From positions 80,047-144,046 of the forward strand of contig JAPTTX010000008.1 of assembly GCA_028068195.1 (NCBI GenBank): a stretch of DNA of 64,000 nucleotides, in the 5' to 3' direction. The notes under the pieces were generated by a model. The model was not told the origin of the DNA. It searched no databases and saw only the letters and a program-made list of their open reading frames with translations. Source of the DNA: Gammaproteobacteria bacterium. Lineage in GTDB: Bacteria > Pseudomonadota > Gammaproteobacteria > Acidiferrobacterales > UBA6901. The translations under genes and the position numbers were made by a program. This document shows, piece by piece, positions 54,201 through 61,332 of the stretch; the first letter of the stretch is position 1, and each line of letters opens with the position of its first letter.

Positions 54201-54378
54201 GTTTCCGCGCCGCGGCAGTGTGCGGATCGAAATAGCTCCGGCCGTCACCGCCTCCGCAAGCAGCTGGGATGCAGTGGTTGGATTACGAGATGCGGTGCGA
54301 AACGAGATTCTGCGGCGGACGGGCGAACCGGATCTGGTCGCGCAGGACATCGGAATTACCGGTCCGCCTCCGGCATGA
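51277..54378 (+). CDS. tri-domain fusion: acyl-carrier (PP-binding) domain + fatty-acyl-AMP ligase-like adenylation domain + hydrophobic segment + PlsC-type acyltransferase domain
   Basis: Carrier motif DLGLDSLGRVELL (Ser codon 51691-51693). Adenylation motifs YTSGSTGDPKGVVLTH, ..YGLAE.., GDLAY..GRSKDIIIRAGRNIYPHEVE, SSGKIRR, plus NFAYELC, which is FAAL-like. Hydrophobic LLYAGYWWSLLYVLGAVTWTLVAVLPG. Acyltransferase motifs AANHASYFDG (His 53848-53850, Asp 53863-53865) and FFPEGTLTR. The first about 95 aa are low-complexity, so the true start may be an internal GTG (for example 51493). Confidence 0.8.
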   Translation: MDGVAQVPGLRTSFAPAERAGCPAPPGPPQDVAEATEACADISVPSGGGAVRRTVPGFPAPHPASAAREPELVASATGTSVSHPDGTRSGPDTADSGDVVAKRLLEVARDLTLSLHPHRRTTLRVDLDSTLDRDLGLDSLGRVELLLRVERTFKVRLDEQLLIRAQTLHELLDAVRQSDREAPAAMPSTPTLALEPLQATPAAARTLLEVLDWHVATHPDRPHIVLEDSDEGGEVITYGALRQRALAVAGGLHGRGLQTGQSVAIMLPTCSDFFAAFFGILYAGGVPVPIYPPFRPAQLEEHLRRQAGILSNAEARILVTTEEGRRVARLVRGLAGTIETVGTVGDLSAPAGDLPATARSADDVALVQYTSGSTGDPKGVVLTHANLLANIRAIGETMEVDSTDVFVSWLPLYHDMGLIGAWLGSLYFAVLAVIMSPLRFLARPERWLWAIHRHHATLSAAPNFAYELCLRKIDDADISGLDLGTWRMAINGAEPVSPETIRGFATRFARFGFRPESMTPVYGLAECSVGLSFPPPGRIPIIDRVQRAELVRNGNATPAPADDTTALEFVACGHALPRHEIRIVDAAGRELADRREGRLQFRGPSATGGYLRNPGKTAELLSGAWLESGDLAYTATGDIYLTGRSKDIIIRAGRNIYPHEVEQAIGNLPGIRRGCVVAFGSHDRATGTERLIIVAETRIEDTQERAVLRRKVDDLVTGLLDTGADDVVLAPPHTVLKTSSGKIRRAACRELYEIGRLGERAPPVWWQAVRLYVRSFRERSRHVRPQAGALLYAGYWWSLLYVLGAVTWTLVAVLPGKKLRWRIVHGIARAFLRCAAIPILPTGMEHIPTSGAVLAANHASYFDGVVLAALLHQRPTFVAKRELASQFVAGVFLRRIGAVFAERVEPGGGVQSTDAALIAARSGQTLLFFPEGTLTRMPGILPFHTGAFYVATQSGTPIVPVAIRGTRSILRGDQWFPRRGSVRIEIAPAVTASASSWDAVVGLRDAVRNEILRRTGEPDLVAQDIGITGPPPA

Positions 54379-54397
54379 GTCCACCGCCGTTGCAATC

Positions 54398-54715
54398 TCA
54401 TCCGGCGTCGAGCAGATTCACCAGCGCATTGAGCGAGGAGTAGTCGGGATAGCGGAACATCAGGCCTAGGCCGTCATGGTCGACGCGCATGACCTCCGCC
54501 GGCAATCTGTGGTAGCGAATCTCTTCGCCGACGTGCAGTGTGAACGCGACGTCGATCGCTGCTTTGTGCGGCAAAGCCCGCCCCCCGGTATGTACATAGG
54601 CGCCTTCCAGGCTGATGTCGCGTGTCTGGCAGTCCGGCAGTCTCAAAGCGCTGTAGTACAGCGCCACATCGAGCGCAACTGGCATGCGCGGGTTGTCACG
54701 GCGTTCGTTGTCCAT
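54398..54715 (-). CDS. PilZ-domain protein (single domain)
   Basis: RxxxR in NERRDNPRMP and D/NxSxxG in TRDISLEGAYV. Start placed at MDNERR (54715; the ORF extends to 54739). Confidence 0.7.
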   Translation of the reverse strand: MDNERRDNPRMPVALDVALYYSALRLPDCQTRDISLEGAYVHTGGRALPHKAAIDVAFTLHVGEEIRYHRLPAEVMRVDHDGLGLMFRYPDYSSLNALVNLLDAG

Positions 54716-54844
54716 TGCGGCCCCCTTTAGAATCAGCATATATCTATTGGCAGCATCCCTGCCGGCGACAGCTTTTCATGGGATATTACGCCAACCCACT
54801 GTCGAGGGAAACGCCAGTGCGTTCGATCGGGTGCGCCGCTGGAC

Positions 54845-55117
54845 TCATTCTTCCGAGACGAACCGCAGCCCCACGCCCTCGTCCGTGGTCCGCACCACTG
54901 TCACTTTGACAGTGGGCGGTTCCTCGCCCCCCAGGAGCCCGCGCAGTTTCAGGTGCAACACGGTGCCGATTGGCGGGCACGGCTGGTTGCGCATGTACAG
55001 AAAGACGCCGCCGTCGCTGATGTCCTTGGTGCTGAGTACCAGATTGCCCGACTCAGCATGGATTACTTCCACCTCTAGCGACATGGCATACCGCTCGTGC
55101 TTGCGGTTTTCGATCAC
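54845..55117 (-). CDS. PilZ-domain protein (single domain, 90 aa)
   Basis: RxxxR in ENRKHERYAM and DxSxxG in TKDISDGGVFL. Confidence 0.7.
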   Translation of the reverse strand: MIENRKHERYAMSLEVEVIHAESGNLVLSTKDISDGGVFLYMRNQPCPPIGTVLHLKLRGLLGGEEPPTVKVTVVRTTDEGVGLRFVSEE

Positions 55118-55445
55118 GGATTTCCTCCGAAAAATTCACGGCAGCGGGGCCACTGCCAGCTCGCGGTGCTGTGTGGCCCGCGCCAAGAAATTCCTGGCAT
55201 GGCAGCCTACGCCGGCAACACCGGACGCCCCGGAACCAAGGTCAAACGGCGGCTTGTCCCGGATCCTTACCAAAGTATAGACATGCGGCGGGACAACCGG
55301 CAGTCAAGTCGAACTGGCGGCTGCTGACATAGGAATTCCGCGGCGCGGATGTTGCCGGATTGGCCGTTCGGATCTTCCGGAGGCCAAGAGGAAATGCGGT
55401 AGCCGAAAGCGGTGCCCAATCGCCGGCAGACTGCAGCACGGACCT

Positions 55446-56963
55446 CTAGCCGCGCAACATCGATGCAGCGCGCGGATTAAGCTCCCGTACGCGGTCGTAG
55501 CAGGCAAGTTCGGCGCCGCGTTCTCCGAGAGCTGCCAGCGTAAGCCCCTTGTCCATCCATGCCTGCCAGTAACGGGGATTGAGTTCCAGCGCGCGCTCGT
55601 GGCAAACAAGTGCCTCATTGAAGCGCTCCAAAACCCGCAGCGCGAGTCCGCGGTGATACCAGGCCGCAACGCATTTCGAGTCGAGCTCAAGCGACACCTG
55701 GTGGCAAACCAGGGCTTCCTCGCTTTGCCCGAGCTGGCGCAGCGCCTCGCCTTTGTGCGCCCAGAGCACCGGATGATCGGGGCTGAACTCCAGGGCACGT
55801 TCGAAGGCGCCGAGCGCCTCCCGCACATAGCCGAAATGCAGCAGGCCAAGACCCTGGTTGTCGCAGGCCTCGGCTTCCAGCTCGTCACCATCGAGCGGCG
55901 GCGCATAGGTCTCGCCCGTAAGCGACCGGAACAGCTGCGCGAGCTGCCGGCGCACAGCGGCAAAATCCGTGAAACGCCGGGGAGGCTCCTTGGCGAGGCA
56001 GGTCTGGATCACGTCGCCGAGCAGGCGCTGCGCCGGCGGCAGCGGCGGCGGATCTTGAGTCCGGTGCAGCCGCTCATATTCCGCCCAGGATTCCGCCGTG
56101 AACGGCAGGGCGCCGGTCGCCATCTGGAAAAGCAGCACACCGAATGAATAGATATCCGCCCGTTGATCGATGTGCTTGCTGCCAGAGAATTGCTCCGGCG
56201 CGAGATAGGCAGCCGCAGCGACACCGTACCTGCGGTCTTCCGCACGGCGGCCATGAACAAGCTCTGCGAGATCCCCGCGGGTGCGCGCCCGCACCCCCCT
56301 GCGCATATCGCCGGCGACCGCGATCAGCGAATCATCGACGGCCCTGGCCAATCCCGGATCGGTGACCTTCAGGACACACTGGGATGTAATGAGACAGTTC
56401 TCCGGCTTGATACCGCGGTGCGCACCGATGCCGTTGGATTGCGCAAATTCGAGACCGTCGCACATCTGCAGGGCCAGGCGCAGGATTGCTGCCGGATCAT
56501 CGGTCAGGCTGGGCGCACCCATCCACTGACCGAGGTGCGTACCGCTGACGTACTCCATGAATAGCAACGGACAGCCTTCGACGCTGTATATGGCACGCGG
56601 CTGAACCAGGTTCTGGTGGCGACCCAGCTTCAGCCAAGGCAGCGCTTCCTTCTTCAGGCGGTGCGGCAGGATGCGGTCCCACTGCTGCAGCACGTCAGAG
56701 AATGTCTTCGCCGCAAGCATCTCGCCCGATTCGCCATCGAAAACGACGTAGACAACCCCGTAAGGGCCGACGAGGACCTCACGCACGTGCCAACGACCGG
56801 CGATCGTGTCGCCGGCCCGCCATCTTGCCAGGTTCAACCGAGCCCACCTCCTGTCACGGGTTACAGACACGCTCCGCCGGATCATTTTGAACATACACCA
56901 CGCAGCGGGCGACACCAATTCTGTTCCGATGAATTGGAATCTGCGTCCGACATCCGGCAGCAA
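55446..56963 (-). CDS. Ser/Thr protein kinase-fold protein with C-terminal TPR repeats; predicted pseudokinase
   Basis: G-loop VGPYGVVYVV; LAAKTF Lys; catalytic loop reads GAHRGIKPENC (Gly184 codon at 56412-56414 replaces the HRD Asp); the DFG position reads TDPG; YLAPEQF retained. C-terminal about 150 aa are TPR-like (..A...F..ALE..P......W...G.AL..LG...EAL..). The ORF start is TTG 56963; ATG alternatives at 56894 and 56885. Confidence 0.75.
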   Translation of the reverse strand: MLPDVGRRFQFIGTELVSPAAWCMFKMIRRSVSVTRDRRWARLNLARWRAGDTIAGRWHVREVLVGPYGVVYVVFDGESGEMLAAKTFSDVLQQWDRILPHRLKKEALPWLKLGRHQNLVQPRAIYSVEGCPLLFMEYVSGTHLGQWMGAPSLTDDPAAILRLALQMCDGLEFAQSNGIGAHRGIKPENCLITSQCVLKVTDPGLARAVDDSLIAVAGDMRRGVRARTRGDLAELVHGRRAEDRRYGVAAAAYLAPEQFSGSKHIDQRADIYSFGVLLFQMATGALPFTAESWAEYERLHRTQDPPPLPPAQRLLGDVIQTCLAKEPPRRFTDFAAVRRQLAQLFRSLTGETYAPPLDGDELEAEACDNQGLGLLHFGYVREALGAFERALEFSPDHPVLWAHKGEALRQLGQSEEALVCHQVSLELDSKCVAAWYHRGLALRVLERFNEALVCHERALELNPRYWQAWMDKGLTLAALGERGAELACYDRVRELNPRAASMLRG

Positions 56964-56983
56964 ACCAGTGGGCTGGTGGGGGT

Positions 56984-57760
56984 TTAATCGAGGTACTTCG
57001 CCTGCCAGTTCAGATACAGACCATGAACGTATTCGCAGTAGCTGCCCTTGTCCGTGAACCCGGAAGGGTCGATGGCATCATAGACATAATAATTGGCGCG
57101 TTTGTTTGGCGCCGTAAGAAACTGCCACATCTTCTGCACGAGCGTCTCGTGCGGCTTCCATTCGAACGCCTCCTGGGCCTCATAATGGAGAAATATCGGC
57201 ACAATAGGCACACCGGTGCGCAGCGAGATGTCGAATGCACCGTAGCGGAAGGATGAAAAGATGCGCTTGCCCCGGCATCCCCCTTCCGGATAGATCGCAA
57301 CATTTCGTCCCTTGCCCAGCTGCGCGACGATCTGTGCGGCGGCGGCGCGGCGCGATTCGCGCGATTCGCGCCTGACAAACAAGGTGCCTGCGGCCCGGTT
57401 CATGCGACCCGCAATCCACCAGTCGAGAACTTCGATCTTGGCGAGCGATATGACGTCGAACAGGGCCGGAACGCCGATATCCTCGAACGCGGACGGGTGA
57501 TTGGCGATCAGGATGAACCGCTCCGGAAGCGGATCCTGGTTCTTCTGGTGCAGACAAAGATCGACACCGAGCGCCCGCACGAACGACCGGCACCACAGAC
57601 GGAACAGCGCGGCGTAGGCCCGCTGCGTCCGCTCCGAGCTCACGAACGACAGGACATAGAGCATCGCCGTGAACACCGCCAGTTCCAGCCAGCACAGACC
57701 CAGCCAAACAATGCGCGCCAAGCAGTAGCTCAATCGCCCTCCAACAATGCCGACCGGCAC
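56984..57760 (-). CDS. PlsC-family (lysophospholipid) acyltransferase, membrane-anchored
   Basis: N-terminal hydrophobic helices; LIANHPSAFEDI (HX4E-D variant of HX4D); IYPEGGCRG block. GTG start. Stop lies 20 nt from the kinase-fold ORF. Confidence 0.65.
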   Translation of the reverse strand: MPVGIVGGRLSYCLARIVWLGLCWLELAVFTAMLYVLSFVSSERTQRAYAALFRLWCRSFVRALGVDLCLHQKNQDPLPERFILIANHPSAFEDIGVPALFDVISLAKIEVLDWWIAGRMNRAAGTLFVRRESRESRRAAAAQIVAQLGKGRNVAIYPEGGCRGKRIFSSFRYGAFDISLRTGVPIVPIFLHYEAQEAFEWKPHETLVQKMWQFLTAPNKRANYYVYDAIDPSGFTDKGSYCEYVHGLYLNWQAKYLD

Positions 57761-57945
57761 GACTGTCCGCCATACACGTAGTTGAAAGTATAGGCACGAT
57801 CAAGGGGCGCTGCCGGACGCACAGCATGGACAACGTACTGCGCACAGTGCCGGGCTCGGTCCGCCTGTCAGATCCGCGGCCGCAAAAACATGTCTTCGGG
57901 AATATTCGATGCGGCCAGTGTGTGCGTTGCTGCGCCGGCGCCGGC

Positions 57946-58854
57946 TCAGGCTCTGCGTCCGGCGGCTAACAGGGTTGATCCATCGAGCCACAATCCGTTC
58001 TCGCCTACGGACGAAGCCAACTCCGCCAGATGCTCGTCGCGCACCGCATCGGCTACGGCCGGGTCCAGCCGGTCCACAAATTCGCGCAAGCCGCTGCCCA
58101 TGACCAGATCCCACCATTCGCGCGTATCGCGCAGGTGATAGCCGAGTTGCTCTTCAGTGACCCGGCACTCCCGCAGCCCCGCCCCTTCCAGCAGCTGCTG
58201 GCATCGCTCCGGAGCAGCAAGGCGGTGCAACCCGGGGACGGGAAGCGGCTGGGATCCCGGCGTTTCCCGACCCTCGATGCGCCGCGAGAGCAGGCTCGCC
58301 ATGGGCTCAAATGCGCCGGCCCCAAGAACCGAGAATGCAATGACTCCCCCAGGCCGGAGCACGCGCATCCAGCCGCGAATTGCCGCCTCCATGTCTGGCA
58401 ACAGGTCTAGGGCATGGGAACACACGACTGCATCGAAGTATCCGGCACGAAACTCCAGACTCTCCGCATCCATCAGGTGCAGATCGACATTGGCGACACC
58501 GAATTGGGCGATCTTCGCCTGCGCACGGTCGAGCATCCGTTCCGCGGTATCGATAGCGATCACGCGACCCGACGGCCCGACCATCTGGGCCGCCGCAAGT
58601 GCCACGGCCCCGGTACCGGTGGCCACATCCAGCACCTTATGGCCTGGTCCGATGCCGGCATACTCGACCAAGCGGTCGGCTGAAAACGCGAAAATCCGCA
58701 ACGGCTCCCGGTCATATCCGGCCGCAGCCCGGTCGAATACTGCGCTGTTCCGCCGAACCAAGTCCCCGCCCTCACGTGCAGCGTCGCGCTCGCCGGCCGC
58801 ATTCGTCGTTATCACGGTGCTGCTCCGAGCTGGTTTCCGTGGCCAATATCGCAC
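57946..58854 (-). CDS. class I SAM-dependent methyltransferase
   Basis: Motif I VLDVATGTGAVALAAA; post-I IAIDTAERML; DAVVCSHAL; LRPGGVIAF. Start uncertain (the track start is GTG). Confidence 0.75.
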   Translation of the reverse strand: MRYWPRKPARSSTVITTNAAGERDAAREGGDLVRRNSAVFDRAAAGYDREPLRIFAFSADRLVEYAGIGPGHKVLDVATGTGAVALAAAQMVGPSGRVIAIDTAERMLDRAQAKIAQFGVANVDLHLMDAESLEFRAGYFDAVVCSHALDLLPDMEAAIRGWMRVLRPGGVIAFSVLGAGAFEPMASLLSRRIEGRETPGSQPLPVPGLHRLAAPERCQQLLEGAGLRECRVTEEQLGYHLRDTREWWDLVMGSGLREFVDRLDPAVADAVRDEHLAELASSVGENGLWLDGSTLLAAGRRA

Positions 58855-59172
58855 CCGGATCCGGATCCGTCGGTTCGATGCGTGTATCTACCGGCACTGG
58901 CCGGCCGCAGGCCACCTGCACTGCGGCTACGGCACAAGGCAATCAGGCAGCCCCCGCTGGACCGCGCCCCGCAGCCCACGCCCGCAAGAACCCGGAGCAC
59001 CGCGTCCCTGGCACCAGCCCCAATGATTACCGCCCGGAACCGGGTAGCGCTTTCAATCCTGGAATTTTGTTCTATACGTTTAATCAGAAGACCGCCGAAG
59101 GCGGCGCGCCCAACAGTCGCAGCCTTCAATAATAGCCGTACTTGCCGTACGACAGTTCGGGGAGTCATCCAG

Positions 59173-60099
59173 ATGTCGAGATTCGCCATAGCCCTATTCT
59201 GCGCGCTATTTGCGCTTCCGGCCTACGCCCGGCCGAACGAATCTGTCCAGACGCAGATTTTCCAGTATTTCATGGCCAAAGCCCAGAACGGCGACCCCAA
59301 CGCCGAATATATTGTTGGCACCCTGTACGAAACCGGCAAGGGGGTCCAGAAGGACGACAAGGAAGCCAAGAAGTGGTACGGAAAGGCAGCCGCTCAGGGC
59401 AATCAGCTGGCCAAAGATAAGCTGGATCATACGGCTCGCGCCGCACAAGAAGCTGCGCGAGCCAAAGAAATCGCTGCGGCAAAGGCGGCCAGCGAACGCG
59501 CTTCGGCCGCCCGCGCCCGGATGCGGGCCGAGATGGCCGCCCGCGCCCGGATGCGGGCCGAGATGGCCGCCCGCACCAGGATTGCTGCAGAACGTGCTGC
59601 CCGCGCCCGGCTAGCGGCGGCGCGCGTCGCCGCCCAAAAGCTGGCGGCAGCCAGGGAAGCGCGCGCGCGAAGGGTGGCACAACGTACGATTGATGCACTG
59701 CCGATTGTCTTGGATGGCAACTGGTACCACAGCGAATACGCGGCCCCATATCTGCCCTCTTCAAAAACCAGCTGCCTACAGGCCGGGAGCAGCAAGATCG
59801 TCTGTTTCTCGCAACGATTGCACCGCGACATCGGGGGTTCTGCGCTTACTTTTACGGTAAAGTCGACCTTGTCGAACTTTGGCCGACAGGGCAATTTTAC
59901 GATCAATTACCTATACGACGTCGTTGGCGTGAGCGGAGACAGCTCCGGAGCTGCGAGCAACGACATCACTGTTGACCCTCCGGCGGCACGGATCGGTTGG
60001 CAACCACCCGGACATACCCTGCGATGCCAGGCACGCGGTCTCCGGACCCTTGTGTGTACGAATCAGCAACATAGCATGATCGAGTTTGCCAAACGTTGA
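59173..60099 (+). CDS. secreted Sel1-repeat protein with Ala/Arg-rich coiled-coil and Cys-containing C-terminal domain
   Basis: ATG 59173 after GGGGAG. Signal peptide MSRFAIALFCALFALPAYA. One Sel1-like repeat (AEYIVGTLYETGKGVQKDDKEAKKWYGKAAAQGN). About 90-aa A/R/E helix containing the duplicated ARARMRAEMA. About 140-aa C-terminal domain with 4 Cys. The ORF track's upstream extension to 58882 is not protein-like. Confidence 0.7.
   Translation: MSRFAIALFCALFALPAYARPNESVQTQIFQYFMAKAQNGDPNAEYIVGTLYETGKGVQKDDKEAKKWYGKAAAQGNQLAKDKLDHTARAAQEAARAKEIAAAKAASERASAARARMRAEMAARARMRAEMAARTRIAAERAARARLAAARVAAQKLAAAREARARRVAQRTIDALPIVLDGNWYHSEYAAPYLPSSKTSCLQAGSSKIVCFSQRLHRDIGGSALTFTVKSTLSNFGRQGNFTINYLYDVVGVSGDSSGAASNDITVDPPAARIGWQPPGHTLRCQARGLRTLVCTNQQHSMIEFAKR
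59505..59575 (+). repeat. perfect 30-bp in-frame tandem repeat, about 2.4 copies
   Basis: ggccgcccgcgcccggatgcgggccgagat occurs at 59505-59534 and again at 59535-59564, followed by the partial copy ggccgcccgca... It encodes (A)ARARMRAEMA x2. Confidence 0.9.
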
Positions 60100-61040
60100 T
60101 GATGACCAGGCCGCAGCGCGCCGGATCCGCCAATGTGCGCACCGACCTTCAAGAGTCGATCCGTATGAATCGAGGAGCCCAGACAAGTAGCAGTTCTGAC
60201 ACCTTCACAGGCTGTTGCGGCCATGCCGATCGCACGGTGATGGCCGCTGGCACGGCGGCTGCCAGTTCGCTACTGCCACGCAAGACCCTGCGACGATCCG
60301 GATCGATCGCGTTCACCGGAATCCTGCTCGCTTCGCTGGCGCTTGGCCCGGCCCATGCCGGCACAGTCAGCAAGGCCGAAGCCAGCCTGTTCCAGGTGCA
60401 GTTACGTCTGGCGCAGAGCGGCGACCCCAGCGGAGAATTCTACGTCGGCGAAATGTACCAGCAGGGTCTCGGCACGCCACGTAACCTTGAAAAGGCGCAC
60501 AAATGGTACGAGCGATCCGCCCGCAAGGGGAATCTCGAAGCCAAGGAAAAGCTGGCCAACTGGAGCAAGCTACTGCAAGCGGTTGAGCAGGCAAAGCTGC
60601 AAAAGCAGGCAGCAGCACGGGCGGCAATCTTGGCCAAGCGGCAGGCGGCGGCACGGGCGGCAGCCATGGCGAAAGAGCAGGCAGCGGCACGGGCCGAGGA
60701 GATCGCGCAAGCTGAGGCGCTCGCCAGAAAACGCGCTGCCGCGCAGCGTGCTAGGCAGCGGGCCGAAGCTGAGGCCGCAGCGAGAAGGCTCCAACGCGAA
60801 CGTGCGGCGGCGCTTCGGGCGAGACAACTTGCCCAGGAAAGGGCGCGTGCCGAAGCCAGACAGCGAGCAGCTGCAATCGCAATTGCCAAGACTCACCGGC
60901 CAGCACCCGCCAAGCTGCAGGACAGAGAGCCGCGGGTTGCAGAATCAGCGCCCCCGCGCAAAGTGAAGCACCACGCGCTTCAATTTTCCCCTGACCCCTG
61001 CAAAGGGCCTGCCGCCAAGTTTCTCTCGACCTGCCAGTAA
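60096..61040 (+). CDS. secreted Sel1-repeat protein with Ala/Arg/Gln-rich coiled-coil (paralogue of 59173..60099)
   Basis: Sel1-like repeat GEFYVGEMYQQGLGTPRNLEKAHKWYERSARKGN; signal-like ..IAFTGILLASLALGPAHA; about 130-aa A/R/Q/E helix; short Cys-containing tail. The track start is TTG 60096, overlapping the previous stop. ATG options at 60099, 60165 and 60240, so the start is uncertain. Confidence 0.65.
   Translation: MMMTRPQRAGSANVRTDLQESIRMNRGAQTSSSSDTFTGCCGHADRTVMAAGTAAASSLLPRKTLRRSGSIAFTGILLASLALGPAHAGTVSKAEASLFQVQLRLAQSGDPSGEFYVGEMYQQGLGTPRNLEKAHKWYERSARKGNLEAKEKLANWSKLLQAVEQAKLQKQAAARAAILAKRQAAARAAAMAKEQAAARAEEIAQAEALARKRAAAQRARQRAEAEAAARRLQRERAAALRARQLAQERARAEARQRAAAIAIAKTHRPAPAKLQDREPRVAESAPPRKVKHHALQFSPDPCKGPAAKFLSTCQ
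60606..60713 (+). repeat. three imperfect 36-bp in-frame tandem repeats
   Basis: Units start at 60606, 60642 and 60678 (cag gca/gcg gca/gcg gca cgg gc...). They encode QAAARAAILAKR / QAAARAAAMAKE / QAAARAEEIAQA. Confidence 0.7.
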
Positions 61041-61332
61041 CCACCGCTGGACGGCTCCCGGCGGCTGCATCCACACTACGACGGCAGCCGCGAACCCCGC
61101 GCCGGCCGCATCGCAAGTCCCTGACAACCGATCGGCTGCCACCGCACAGGGGAGCGGCTGCATGCTATCAATGCAGCATGCTAACCATGGCACATCGTGA
61201 CCGGCGACGTCGGGGGCACGCGTCCCGGGGCCGGTTGCGGCTGGACAATGCCGCTCTGCCGTCCATCGCGGTGCGTCGGGCGTCCCCGGCAGGCACCGCC
61301 TGCCGGGGACGCCCAAACCTCACCACGATGGG

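Noticed and set aside
57351-57368. 9-bp direct duplication cgcgattcg x2 inside the acyltransferase gene (encodes RESRESR)
   Set aside because: It is too short to distinguish from chance in low-complexity GC-rich coding sequence, and it has no obvious consequence.
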